DNA from: an uncultured Rivularia sp.
GTDB lineage: Bacteria; Cyanobacteriota; Cyanobacteriia; Cyanobacteriales; Nostocaceae
Length of the DNA stretch: 64,000 nucleotides
Reading direction: 5' to 3'
Assembly: GCA_963665115.1 (NCBI GenBank)
Contig: OY762007.1
Span: 8,352,001 to 8,416,000 of the forward strand
Below the pieces are notes generated by a model. It made no database searches. It had not been told where the DNA came from and was given only the letters and a program-made list of their open reading frames with translations. Made by a program: the position numbers and the translations under genes. Positions 1 through 11,954 of this stretch are shown here, piece by piece (positions within the stretch are counted from its first letter, which is position 1; every line of letters begins with the position of its first letter).

Positions 1-41
1 AAAGAAGGAAAAAATATTTCTATTCCCCATGCCCAATTCTA

Positions 42-2205
42 TTAACTAACTCGAAACTGATTTTCAGCCACATTTACAAAGTATTCCGAATGTTGAATTT
101 CTTCTGCTTTAGTATTTTTGAGAAATGCAATAATTTCCGAGCCAGCCATAATTAATGTTCCATTGGATGATTCTTGAAAAGTTAATTGGTCAAAACTAAT
201 GTTTGTCAGACCAATTTTATCAATACCAACTTCAAAATCTTCAATTACATTCGTTTCTGATTCCGCAGCACTACCGTCACCGGGTTGAAAAATAAATGTA
301 TCTATCCCGGCACCACCATTCAGAATATCTCTACCAATACCGCCGATTAGAATATCATTATTGTTATCGCCGAGAATCATATCATCACCAGATTCACCGA
401 AGAAAATATCATTACGATCTCCGTCGTAAGGGCTATCTGCACCAAAATTCAACAATTCGCTACCGTGCATTTCTTGGTTTCCAGAACTACCAATAACGAT
501 ATCGTCTTGATTACCTGCTTTTAATATTCCAGCTAATGAAGTTACTAGGTTGTCTTCGTTAACATCAATTATTCCTTTGAAACCTTTGCTGTTTCCTTCA
601 AGGATTTGTAATTCTCCTAAATCTTCAATAGAAATTGTTTCAACTGATTGATAAGCCCCGATACCCAGTAAATCTCCGAGTATACCTTGTTGGTTAATTG
701 TATTTGTAAAAGCACGCACGACTCTCTCGTGTTCCCGACCAAAGTCTGTTAATTCTGATTCAGTTCCAAACGTCATCTCGAAAGCTTCATCAGCGCCAAG
801 AGCTAATTGTTTATTTCCAGCAATGCTTTTTTCACCTACAAATGCTCTAGAAAAAACCGATGTATCGGCGTATGTTTGGGGAGCTTGAATACCTTCTATT
901 CTGCCATCGACATCATAGATATCTTTGATCGCATCGACAGCAAATGGATTGTCATCGCCATTCCGTGATGATGGTGGATCGAGAGCGGTGATTGTTCTAA
1001 CGCCTTCATTATTGCCCGTGACTACAGTTTCGTTTTCTACAGCCAATCCATCTCGATAAAGTCTTCCTATTTCCGCGCTTAGCAAGGAACCCAAACTATG
1101 ACCAATTAAGTTTAAACTTTGTGAAGCTCCGAGACTATCTATTCCGTAATAATCCTTTAATGCTTCGACTGCAAATTCAGCAACTGGATTAATCCAGCTA
1201 GCTGCTCGGAAATTCCCTTTACCTAAAGCTCCGTACTCAATTCCTAACGTTTCTGTACTGTTAAAAGCAGCCTCTCTCCAGTCTAATAACAGAACGCGAT
1301 CGCCACTATGTGCAGCAGCAATTTCTTGTGCTATATCGGTAAATTTTCCATCGGGTGTATCGTTCCAACCGTGGACGATTACCCAAGTTTGTTGAGCGTC
1401 GGTGGGATTATTAAATTCTCTAAAGCCGATGTTGCGGATGCCGGGATTGTTTTCTATTTCTGAGTTAAGTAAAATTCCTTCTACACTTCCACCAGTCACT
1501 GTGCCTTGAAACTGGTAAAACACTCGGATCTAAATACTCGCCCTTATCTTGAGAATTGAATGTTGCATCTTGATAACTTTGTGTTTGCAATATGCTCTGA
1601 TTGCTAACAGTTGCATTAGATGCAGCTTCATTATTAGAGTACTGGTTTCCTTCAAGCTTCAGCAGTGAAATGTCGTTTACATGACCAGCATCATTACCGA
1701 CAGGTTGGATGTTTATTTCAAGATTATTTACATTTACACCTGAAGAAGTATCGAAAGAATTAACATTTTGATCGGGCGATGCTTCAGAAACCGTAGCCGC
1801 AGTATTTTTATTCCCTAAAACCGCATCATCTGTAAAGTTTTTTGAGGATAAATTAACCTCGCTATTCCCATGTAAATCGTCATTAAAAACAGGAATCCTG
1901 ATTCTTTTCCCTATCTCCCCATCAATAAACTCTACGGAAATAGGAGCTTCATTGAAAGCAACTTCCGATTCAACATCATTTGACCTCAGATCCGCAAACT
2001 GCGAAATTAAAACTTTATCTCGGACTTCACTCGAAAAGTCTTCTTCAAAATGAAGAGAATGGGATTGAGAAGATCCAGTTAATGAAGGGTTTTTAAGAAT
2101 TCCTTCTAGATGATGATCGGTAGAAAGTATATCTTTATGCAATGACTGGTGAGATGACGAATTATTATTCATTTGTAAATTGATTTCGAGCTTTTGTAGA
2201 TTCAT
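42..2205 (-). CDS. Secreted lipase-like alpha/beta-hydrolase with C-terminal RTX/hemolysin-type Ca-binding repeats; split by one frameshift (ORFs 1465..2205 and 42..1523)
   Basis: VHGWND oxyanion motif, GHSLG nucleophile elbow, ITALDP, C-terminal GGxGxD repeats and DFEVGIDKIGL; upstream ORF has a Calx-beta-like fragment and overlaps the downstream ORF in the +1 frame between 1465 and ~1530. Confidence 0.7.
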
Positions 2206-2705
2206 TTTAATTAAATAATATATATGTCGCGTTTAAATGTAGTTAAAGACGCAGTGTTGAAATTCATATATAGATATGATGGTTTTATAGCTCAAGAACT
2301 AAGGTAGTTAAGAGCATAAACAACCTGCATTTTGATTGATAATGAAAATAATTTATGTTCCAATCTTTAAAGCGGTTGGAACGAGATTTAAATTGATTAA
2401 CTAGAAATGATTTATCTAGAATTGATTATGCTAGATAACCTCGATAATTATCATCTAACTAAAGAAATATTCTTTAGAAAAAATTATTATCAGTAAGTAT
2501 TTAAGCCGATTTTCATATCAAAATAATTGCTTGATGGCAGTTGTAACTTATAAATAATTTTGTTGATTAAATAGAAAGCATGGTGTTAAGAAGTTAATTT
2601 TTTAATATGATTTATACTAAATTCTATTTTTGCAAAGGTAAAGTGACATTGTTGATGCTAATTTTACTTTTTGATTTTGGTTTATTGTTGTGAATGTGAC
2701 AAAAC

Positions 2706-2763
2706 ACCTCACCCTCAATCCCTCTCCTTAATAAGGAGAGGGAAGCCGGAGGCAGGGTGAGGT
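2706..2763. repeat. Small dispersed palindromic repeat (CCCTCTCCTTAATAAGGAGAGGG core)
   Basis: Perfect inner palindrome plus ACCTCACCCT/AGGGTGAGGT outer arms; related copies at 3609-3645 and 44054-44090. Confidence 0.85.
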
Positions 2764-2869
2764 TTTATATTTAATTTGACCTAGTTACTTACTACGAACC
2801 TTTATTTTTACTACTAAAAATTAATACAACCTACAAAAAAATATAGTAAGATTTGAAAAACGGCATATC

Positions 2870-3506
2870 TCAAGCATAATCCCGTCGAATTCTATTAATA
2901 GCTGCATTCAATCCATCGCTATGAATCCAGCCCACAAAACCACCGTAAATCATGTTGTCATTTCTATCGGCAATAAAAACGTGGTCAACTCCAAAGGGGT
3001 TTTTCCAAGTTTTCACAATTGAACCATCTCTTAGCCGAATAACAGGATTAGAACTTTTAAAATCTCGATGGTGAGCGCGAGTCATTCCGGGGACGTTTTC
3101 TAATATCTCGATAACTTCTTCGCTATCATCTGCGATATGTTGACTAACTACAGTTGTACAGCCACATCCATCTGTGATTGTAAACTTGAGTCTTTCTTTT
3201 AAATCCCCATCAAACAGCGATAGAGAATTAATTTCTTCTAATAATTTACCTTGGGGTTCTAACTGTCTTCTTTGACAATAAACTGCTGTAAGTAACTCTT
3301 CTAAACCGACGTTAGTTAAAGCATCTGCAATCAATCCCGTTAATCCTAATACCGCGATTCCACCCAACATCCCCGCAGGGGCCACCTAAAAAAGCTAAAG
3401 CAGCAGTAATCGCAGCAGCACCCGTTAAACCAGTACTTGCCATGACTGCGATTAAAATGATTCCAGGAAATCCCAATCCGGCGATTTTTTTAATAAGTTC
3501 GTCCAT
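2870..3506 (-). CDS. Hypothetical protein with Gly/Ala-rich hydrophobic N-terminus; frameshift at 3378-3381
   Basis: ORFs 3312..3506 and 2870..3385 join as ...ALAFLGGPAGMLGG... if one G of GGGG(3378-3381) is removed. Confidence 0.7.
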
Positions 3507-3608
3507 TACACCCTTATTCTCAGTAAAGATTTTTTTCTTTTATAACACCATAGCTTTTTTGGTTATTTATCCTTTATTTTACAAATGTGAAATTAACTTC
3601 TAGACTTT

Positions 3609-3645
3609 CCCCCTCTCCTTAACAAGGAGAGGGCTGGGGTGAGGT
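3609..3645. repeat. Small dispersed palindromic repeat directly after the CHAT gene stop (possible terminator)
   Basis: CCCTCTCCTTAACAAGGAGAGGG hairpin, same family as 2706-2763. Confidence 0.75.
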
Positions 3646-6600
3646 TCAATTCCACTCTCCTTGCAAAGTAAAAGCAGCCCAATAATAAGGATTTCGCCAA
3701 TCTGGATTAGCCCATAACTTGCGCTGTGCAGCCCTTAACGCTTCGGTAGGATTTTTATTTTCCTGCAACATTTGCTTATAAAATTCTTGCATCAATACCG
3801 ATGTACCTTCATCGCTAACATTCCACAATGAAAGCGCTACTCTGGACGCACCTGCATACATCAAACCCCTTGTCAACCCTACGATACCTTCACCACTAAT
3901 ATTTTTACCAAGTCCAGTTTGGCAAGCACTTAATACAATTAATTCCGCTGGATAATCTTGTTCAAATAAATCTGCTAAACGCAAATAACCCGGTATTTGT
4001 TCGCCATCCTTATTAACTAAAGATAAAACAATTCCCGACAATTCTGGTTGTTCGGGATTAACAAAACCGTGAGTTGCAAAGTGTAAAATTTGGAATTGAT
4101 TAAGGTTTTTATTTGTAGCCCAATTATAGTTAGCGTCAAAGCTAAATACTGGTAAGCTTGATTGAGAAGAAACGAGTTTTAATATTTCTTGAGCTTCTAT
4201 TTTTGTATTCTTTAATCGACTCCAACCATTACGGTTAAGACTTTTAGCGGAACGTTTGAGAGCAGAACGTTCTAATTCAATATCAATATCAAGATCGTAA
4301 CTTGTAGATTTACCCGTAATTCGTTCGTCATTGGAACTATATACTGGATCTGCAAGAATGGCGATTTTTTTCGGTGCTATTTCACGTTTGGCAATTTTTT
4401 CTCTTTGGATAGCAATAGTTGATGCTGAAGGTAAATTCACAATTTCGTGATGGAGCATCAACGGTTGATAATTTGTATTTGCTGTTCCTGGTTTATTGGG
4501 AATTGGTTCGGGATTAATTCCACCTCGGGAGACGTTACATATAACGTCTCTACATTCATTATTTTCTACCCCCTCTACCCCCTCTACCCTCTCTACCCCC
4601 TCTCCCAAATTATGTAATGCTGCAAAAGGAATCTGCTGCAACACACCATCAGCAACGATAACCAATCTTTTCCCGGCTAACTTATCTTGTACGGGTGCAA
4701 GAATCATTTTGCTAAGTTTTTGTGCTGAATCAATCGGTAAATTATTTGTTGCTAATTCGCTGTGAAATTCTTTGGCCACTTTTTCAATTTCTTCACCTTT
4801 TGGTAATTCGTAGCTATTTAAAGAATTAGGAGTAACTAACCATAAATAACTACGCTTTTCACCCAAGGAATATTGTAGTAAAACGGTATCCTTATCTAGC
4901 TGCTGTTGAATTTGAGGTAATTTTAACGGTTCTGGATTAGTTAATTTATCTCTTTCTGGATTTTGAGCGCGGATTTTGGCTTTAAGTTGTTTTTGTTGAT
5001 TAATAATATTTTGAATTTCGGCTTCGGTTTGTTTAATTGTGTCTTTCGGTGGTTGCTTTTGATTAATTAACTTAACGAGAATTTTTTCTTGAGCTTGACG
5101 TTTCAGCTGTAATTCTTTTTCTTGTGCAATGAATTTGGGATTAATGTTTTTGCTGAGTTTAGCGTTAGCTTGAGCTAATAATTCGATTAAACCACGAGCG
5201 CGGGAACGTTCGGAAATGTGTAGCGCTATAGAATCGTATCCTTGTGATGGGTTTTTCTTGTGTTGTTCCATCAATAGATCGATGTAGAATTTGTAATAAC
5301 CTTGGACTGTAGAGAAATAGGTGGTTTTTAAATCTTGGTTGGTGTAGGTACCGCGTAAATCTTCGATAATGGCGATCGCGTTTTTGATATGTTTGAGGGA
5401 TTTTTGTTTTTCTCCCAAATCCGAGTAAACTAGACTAATATTATTGAGTGTTGTAGCTTCCCCACCTTTATCACCCACTGCACGAAATAAAGGTTTTGCT
5501 TGGTTGAACAACGAAAGTGCCTTTTGTTTTTCTCCTAAATCCGAGTAGACTGCACCAATATTATTGAGTATTGTAGCTTCCCCACCTTTATCAGCCACTG
5601 CACGTTTCAACGGTAAAGCTTGTTTGTAAAACAAAAGTGCCTTTTGTTTTTCTCCTAAAGCATCGTAGACGTGACCAATATTATTAAGTGTGGAGGCTTC
5701 TCCAGCTTTGTCTCCCACCGCACTTTTCAACGGTAAAGCTTGGTTGTAGAATTGTAGTGCCTTGTGCTTTTCTCCTAAAGCATCGTAGACGTGACCAATA
5801 TTATTAAGTGTGGAGGCTTCTCCAGCTTTGTCTCCCACCGCACGTTTCAACGGTAAAGCTTGGTTGTAGAATTGCAGCGCCTTCTGATTTTCTCCTAAAT
5901 CGTCGTAGACAGAAGCAATATTATTGAGTGTTGTAGCTTCCCCATTCCTATTACCCACTGCACGATATAAAGGTTTTGCTTGGTTGAACAACGAAAGTGC
6001 CTTTTGTTTTTCTCCTAAATCCGCGTAGACTGTAGCAATATTATTGAGTATTCCAGCTTCCCCACCCCTATCACCCACTGCACGATATAAAGGTTTTGCT
6101 TGGTTGAACAACGAAAGTGCCTTTTGTTTTTCTCCTAAATCTGAGTAGACTTTACCAATATTATTGAGTGTTCTAGCTTCCCCACCCCTATCACCCAGCG
6201 CATGAAGTGAAGGTAAAGCTTGGTTGTAAAACGAAACTGCCTTTTGTTTTTCTCCTAAAGCGGAGTAGACTGCACCAATATTATTGAGTGTTCTAGCTTC
6301 CCCACGTTTATCACCCGCTGCACGACGTAAAGGTAAAGTTTGTTTGAACAACGAAAGTGCCTTGTGTTTTTCTCCTAAATCTGAGTAGACTGCACCAATA
6401 TTATTGAGTATTGTAGCTTCCCCACCTTTATCAGCCACTGCACGGTATAAAGGTAAAGCTTGGTTGTAATAGGAAAGTGCCTTCTGTTTTTCTCCTAAAT
6501 CTGAGTAGACTGCACCAATATTATTGAGTGTTCTAGCTTCCCCAGCTTTATCAGCCACTGCACGATATAAAGGTAAAGCTTGGTTGTAAAACGAAACTGC

Positions 6601-6949
6601 CTTTTGTTTTTCTCCTAAAGCGGAGTAGACTTGACCAATACTACGAAGAGTAACAGCTTGCCATGACTTATCCCCCAATTTTTCCCACAGAAACCAGCGC
6701 TGCTTCCCATTTCTTCCTAGCTGCTAGCAGTGATTCTTTACTTCCCTGCTTGAATAATTGCAATCCTTCTTGCATTAACTTATTTGCTTCAGCACGCATT
6801 GCATCCAGTTGCGTTTGTTTCTGTTGAACAATTATTTGTAAATTCCTAGAAGCATATACTCTCCCCACATCGGAAATCAAAAATACAGTTAAAAATACAG
6901 CAAAGGCGCGATGCATTAAAGCTCGAACATGGTGATGTTTTTTGCTCAT
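3646..6949 (-). CDS. TPR-repeat + CHAT (caspase-like peptidase) protein with N-terminal signal peptide; frameshift at ~6691
   Basis: About ten 40-aa TPR repeats (GEAxTLNNIGxVYxxLGEKQKAL), HFATHG and LSACQTG catalytic motifs, PYYWAAF terminus; removing one base at GAAACC (6690-6695) gives WEAALVLWEKLGDKSW and joins ORF 6668..6949. Confidence 0.9.
5400..6660 (-). repeat. 120-bp tandem coding repeats (TPR units)
   Basis: Near-identical units visible with 120-bp period. Confidence 0.9.
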
Positions 6950-7098
6950 AACTTATTACTTTAAGTGATTTTTCTATAGCTATAAACATCTCTATCTAGC
7001 GCTTTGCTAATTATGCAATTATTCGCTTTTTTGCAAAATTACTGAATGATAAACCGCAGAATCGAGGGTGCGGAGGGCACGGAGGAAAGATGCAGAAA

Positions 7099-7277
7099 GT
7101 AGGTTGGGTTAGACGCACGAGAATTTTGAATTTTAGCTAATAATTAATATTGCGTCGTAACCCAACATTCGATTGTTGTAACTTTTAGTATTTATTCAAA
7201 ACCTGATGTTGGGTTACGACAGGAGAAGCTAAATTGTAATCACCATCAAAATTCTAAACCTGTCTAACCCAGCCTAC
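7099..7277. repeat. REP-doublet (REPIN-like) element with GTAG ends
   Basis: GTAGGTTGGGTTAGAC..GTCGTAACCCAACA arm followed by an inverted arm TGTTGGGTTACGAC..GTCTAACCCAGCCTAC. Confidence 0.8.
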
Positions 7278-7303
7278 AAAATATTTTAACTCAGTAATTA
7301 CCC

Positions 7304-9202
7304 TTACTCAACTGTTACCGATTTAGCAAGATTCCTCGGTTGATCCACGTCCAAACCGCGACGGGCTGCGATGTGATAAGCCAATAACTGTAAAGGTACT
7401 ACTGTCAAAATTGGCGATAGTAATTCATCCACAGTTGTAACTGGAATCAAATCGTTGAAAACTTCTGCTACTTCTTCATCATCAGCAGGTGCAATTCCAA
7501 TCAATCTTGAATCCCTTGCTTTGGCTTCCTGAGCGTTGGAAATCACTTTTTCGTGAACGCTTCCCGGCATGGCGATCGCCACTACTGGAACTTTCTCATC
7601 TAAAAGGGCGATGGGGCCATGTTTCATTTCGCCTGCGGGATATCCTTCGGCGTGAATATAGCTGATTTCTTTTAATTTTAAAGCGCCTTCTAAAGCGATG
7701 GGGAAGTTAATTCCTCTTCCTAAAAATATAAAGTCTCTGGTTTCGGTAAATTCGTGAGCTAGTTTTTCGGTTAATTTTTCCTGTTTTTGCAGATTTTCTT
7801 CAATTTCTGTGGGAATCATCCGCAATCCGGCAATCACTTCGATGATTCTTTCACTAGAAACGGTTTTACACCGATAAGCTAAGTCTAAAGCTAATGCATA
7901 AAACGCCATCAATTGAGCGGTGAAGGTTTTTGTTGCTGCTACACCAATTTCAATTCCGGCAAGGGTATTAATAATATGCGGTACCATCAATCCCAAACTA
8001 CTTTCGGGACGATTGGTTATACCCAAAAGCCGTGGTTTATACTTAGGATCTTTGGCTTCACGACGTTGTTTTTCCATCGATAAAGCTGCTAAAGTATCCG
8101 CAGTTTCACCGGATTGAGTTACGCCAATTATTAATGTATTAGGTGTTAAAGGAGTTGGGGAATAGCGGAATTCGGAAGCGTAATGTACCTGAGTGGGAAT
8201 TCCCGCAAATTGTTCTAATAAGTATTTTCCGACTAATGCCGCGTGCCAACTAGTACCGCAGGCAACTATCTGTATTTGTTCTAAATCGTGATAAAGTTCG
8301 TCTGGTAAACCCAGATTTACCGGGGAATTTGTATAGTCTAAAGTATCTTGATGGCTGAAATAAGCATCCAAACAAGCTCTTACCACACCAGGTTGCTCGT
8401 AGATTTCCTTGAGCATAAAGTGCTTGAATCCCTGCTTCTCCACCATTACGGGATTCATATTAAGTATTCGGGGCTGCTTTTTCAACCTTTCCCCAGCGAA
8501 GTTATAAACCTCCACACCCAAAGGCGTTAAACGTGCCATTTCTCCATCGTCGAGATTTAGCACCGCACGGGTATGAGAAATAATCGCTGGAGTATCCGAA
8601 GCACAGAAAAATTCACCTTGTCCGAAACCAATTACCAAAGGTGCTTGCTGACGCACCAGAACAATTTCATCGGAGAAATCAGCACAAATAACAGCAATAG
8701 CAAACGCACCAGTTAGCTGATTTACTGCTTTTCGCACTGCTTCTAAAAACATTGCATCCGGATAAGTTTCTCCCAGAGCAACTTCTTCTTTCAGAAACTG
8801 AGCTATTAAATGGGGGATAACTTCAGTATCGGTATCCGAACGAAATTCATGACCTTGAGCCTTTAACTCTTCGCGTAGCTCGCGGTAATTCTCAACAATA
8901 CCATTTTGTACCACCGCCACCCGCATAGCCGTATCCATATGGGGATGAGCGTTATATTCTTCCGGCTTACCGTGAGTAGCCCATCTGGTATGTCCAATAC
9001 CAACACGCGCCGGATTTTCTAACTGTTCTAATTTAGTACGTAAATTATGTAACTTACCTTTAGCTCGAACGCAACTAATCTCACCTTCCGATATCGTAGC
9101 GATTCCAGCGGAATCATAGCCCCGATACTCCAACTTTTCCAACCCTGCGAGTAAAACATCAGTCGCCACTTGTGCGCCGATATAACCAACAATTCCGCAC
9201 AT
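7304..9202 (-). CDS. glmS: Glutamine--fructose-6-phosphate transaminase (isomerizing)
   Basis: MCGIVG start, LEYRGYDSAG, GHTRWATHG, C-terminal PRNLAKSVTVE. Confidence 0.99.
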   Translation of the reverse strand: MCGIVGYIGAQVATDVLLAGLEKLEYRGYDSAGIATISEGEISCVRAKGKLHNLRTKLEQLENPARVGIGHTRWATHGKPEEYNAHPHMDTAMRVAVVQNGIVENYRELREELKAQGHEFRSDTDTEVIPHLIAQFLKEEVALGETYPDAMFLEAVRKAVNQLTGAFAIAVICADFSDEIVLVRQQAPLVIGFGQGEFFCASDTPAIISHTRAVLNLDDGEMARLTPLGVEVYNFAGERLKKQPRILNMNPVMVEKQGFKHFMLKEIYEQPGVVRACLDAYFSHQDTLDYTNSPVNLGLPDELYHDLEQIQIVACGTSWHAALVGKYLLEQFAGIPTQVHYASEFRYSPTPLTPNTLIIGVTQSGETADTLAALSMEKQRREAKDPKYKPRLLGITNRPESSLGLMVPHIINTLAGIEIGVAATKTFTAQLMAFYALALDLAYRCKTVSSERIIEVIAGLRMIPTEIEENLQKQEKLTEKLAHEFTETRDFIFLGRGINFPIALEGALKLKEISYIHAEGYPAGEMKHGPIALLDEKVPVVAIAMPGSVHEKVISNAQEAKARDSRLIGIAPADDEEVAEVFNDLIPVTTVDELLSPILTVVPLQLLAYHIAARRGLDVDQPRNLAKSVTVE

Positions 9203-9399
9203 AGTTCACACCACTCCGTTTTCAGTATGACTCAACTGGTTATAGTAGTTAACACATACTTCAAGCTCAAGCCAAGGAAAACGGGGTAAATTAATACTTA
9301 CTTTATACAGAGATTGGGGGATTGGGGATTGGGTATTGGGAGAGTGGGGAGAGTGGGAAGAGGGGGTAGAGGGGGAAGAAGGGACAAGGGGAAGAATGA

Positions 9400-9502
9400 T
9401 AAGCTGCTACGCATTTAATTTGTATAGTACTAGCGAGCAAGATGCTCGCACTACAACCTTTTCAAATTTTCGCATTATTCAATTTAGCTGCACATCAGCT
9501 TA
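9400..9502. repeat. MITE-like element with TAAGCTG...CAGCTTA termini and inner GCGAGCAAGATGCTCGC palindrome
   Basis: Imperfect terminal inverted repeats; homologous longer copy at 57108-57285. Confidence 0.8.
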
Positions 9503-9548
9503 ACCTTTAACCTTTAACCTATTCCCAATCCCCAATTCCCAACGTTAA

Positions 9549-9794
<246 letters not shown>

Positions 9795-10170
9795 TTAAAA
9801 AAACTCCTTTCCGAGTGTACAACTCTATCGAAAGAATAATAATCAAGGGCTAGTTTACCTCAGCGCCTGAGTCGTTGTATTCAAAAGGCCACATAACTTC
9901 AAACAATGTAATAACTTAATTGGGAGTAGGGGATTGGGAATAGGTAATAGGTAATAGGTAATTTTTAATTTTAATTATTCTCCCCCCTCTTCCCCCTCTC
10001 CCCCCTCTCCCCCATCCCCCCAATTGCGAACTATTATCTAAATAATTGGGTCTTGTTAAATCTCTACTTGTAACCAGGATGGCAGCGCGATCGCAAATTT
10101 TGACAAACAATTGGGCAAATACACGACTGAATAAATCATAATTAAGTAGATTTACCATTCAATTCACCTT

Positions 10171-10965
10171 ATGAGAGAACTGGAGCGGTACTATAGAATT
10201 TTAGAATTGGAGCCTGGTGCATCGCTTGAAGAAGTGAACCAGGCTTATAGGGATTTGGCTTTTATTTGGCACCCGGATCGGATTCCTCAAGAAAGACATC
10301 GGTTGCAAGAGAAGGCTCGCAAAAAGCTACAGGAACTTAATGAAGCTCGGGATAAATTACGCTCAATTAAGGCAAAGTATCAATCCAAGCCTGCTAACAA
10401 TGCGTCTTATCAACCGAGAAAAACTGCTTCACCTAGTAGTGAATCTAAGACAGAATGGCCTTCTTCACCTTATCCTTATCAACCGAAAAAAACTGCCGCA
10501 CCTAGTAGCAGTAGTAAATCTAATTCCTATGCGCCTTATCAACAGAAGTGGACTCCTAAACCTTCCCCTACGCCGAATAAAGCTTATCAACCTCCCCAAC
10601 AATCCGATTTGAGCGGACAAGATTTTCGTCGCGCTAATCTCAAGGGAAGGGATTTATCAGGTAGAAATCTGAGCTACGCCAAATTAAACGGTGCTAACCT
10701 CAGCGATGCTTTTATGCACAAGATAATCCTGCGAGGTGCCGATTTATCTAATGCTAATTTATTTAGAGCTAATTTACTTTTAGCCGATATGAAAGAAGCT
10801 AATTTACAAGGTGCCGATTTAATTGGTGCTGATTTAAGCGGTGCTGATTTACGCGGTGCTGACTTGAGAGGTGCAAGAATTCGTTCTGGCGATCGCCTAC
10901 TTGTTAAACTTATTGGAGCTAATTTATCTGGAGCAATTATGCCTGATGGTTCGATTCATGAATAA
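10171..10965 (+). CDS. DnaJ-domain + pentapeptide-repeat protein
   Basis: J domain with WHPD, Pro/Ser linker, A(D/N)Lxx repeats. Confidence 0.92.
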   Translation: MRELERYYRILELEPGASLEEVNQAYRDLAFIWHPDRIPQERHRLQEKARKKLQELNEARDKLRSIKAKYQSKPANNASYQPRKTASPSSESKTEWPSSPYPYQPKKTAAPSSSSKSNSYAPYQQKWTPKPSPTPNKAYQPPQQSDLSGQDFRRANLKGRDLSGRNLSYAKLNGANLSDAFMHKIILRGADLSNANLFRANLLLADMKEANLQGADLIGADLSGADLRGADLRGARIRSGDRLLVKLIGANLSGAIMPDGSIHE

Positions 10966-11070
10966 TCTCAATTACAATCGAAGTTTCATCAACCTCGGAA
11001 CCAATTCCTCTACCTACTTGTTGAATAATTCCTTGCCTCAGTTTCACTGTACGTCTAATTGCTAATTTTT

Positions 11071-11126
11071 TATTTTTAAATTAGTTATTTTAAATTAGTT
11101 ATTTTAAATTAGTTATTTTAAATTAA
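11071..11126. repeat. 14-bp tandem repeat TTATTTTAAATTAG, about 4 copies
   Basis: Directly visible. Confidence 0.8.
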
Positions 11127-11428
11127 TTGTCTAATAGACATTTTATATACTGAGATTTATAATTTTTAACTCAAGATTAGCAATTTCATACTGAGCGTGA
11201 ATTGAGAAGCTTTCCCAAAATGTAAATAATACCAAAGCCGATCGTTTTGGCATCAAAGATATCTCTGTATGTCTTAAACTTAGCGTATAGAGAGATTTTT
11301 TTGTCACAAGATAAACACGGAAACAACTGTTAGTCAATGACTGTAAACAATGTTACCTGTGTTTCGATTTTGTTATGAAGTGCCTGTAATATGAGAAACT
11401 TGGCAATAGTCCTTATTAAAGAAGAAAA

Positions 11429-11914
11429 ATGAACAATACAGTATCTGACATTATAGTCAAAACTATGGATGGGAAAGATAAGAAAATAGGCGAGTATGCA
11501 AATCAAGTACTCCTAGTTGTTAATGTAGCTTCTCAGTGCGGTTATACTTCGCAATATGCAGGCTTAGAAAAATTGAATCAAAATTACAAAGAGGCTGGCT
11601 TAAGCATTTTAGCATTTCCCTGCAACGACTTTGGAGGACAAGAACCCGGAAGCAATGATGAAATTACAGATTTCTGTACCAGTAATTACGGTACAACTTT
11701 TGAATTATTTGATAAACTCCATGCAAAAGGCGAAGAACAGCATCCGCTTTATGCTAGACTCACAACTGCAATTGAGCCAAAAGGACCTATAGCTTGGAAC
11801 TTTGAGAAGTTTTTAGTTAACAAGCACGGTGAAGTAGTAGCTCGATTTAAAAGCAGCGTCAAGCCAAATTCTCCTGAAGTTATTGCTGCTATAGAAAGAG
11901 AAATAGCACAATAG
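11429..11914 (+). CDS. Glutathione peroxidase family protein (Cys type)
   Basis: NVASQCG, AFPCNDFGGQEPG, WNFEKFL motifs. Confidence 0.95.
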   Translation: MNNTVSDIIVKTMDGKDKKIGEYANQVLLVVNVASQCGYTSQYAGLEKLNQNYKEAGLSILAFPCNDFGGQEPGSNDEITDFCTSNYGTTFELFDKLHAKGEEQHPLYARLTTAIEPKGPIAWNFEKFLVNKHGEVVARFKSSVKPNSPEVIAAIEREIAQ

Positions 11915-11954
11915 TTGATAGTTGATAATTGATGATTAAGGGTGCTAGGAGTTT

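Noticed and set aside
5400..6660. Regular repeats as a CRISPR array or DGR
   Set aside because: They are in-frame 120-bp TPR coding units without unique spacers; no cas or reverse transcriptase gene in the window
9203..9400. glmS ribozyme upstream of glmS
   Set aside because: No recognisable ribozyme core; region is mostly STRR repeats
9916..10158. 80-aa ORF (also 23619..23978 and the 20158-20217 extension)
   Set aside because: Largely translated STRR repeats (GGRGGR, PIPN)
11143..11337. 64-aa ORF or its 36-aa sub-ORF (MPKRSALV...)
   Set aside because: No recognisable motif and a weak RBS; cannot be supported without a homology search
11343..11356. NtcA-like GTA-N8-TAC site upstream of the peroxidase gene
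   Set aside because: No TAN3T at the canonical ~22-nt spacing on either strand; easily arises by chance
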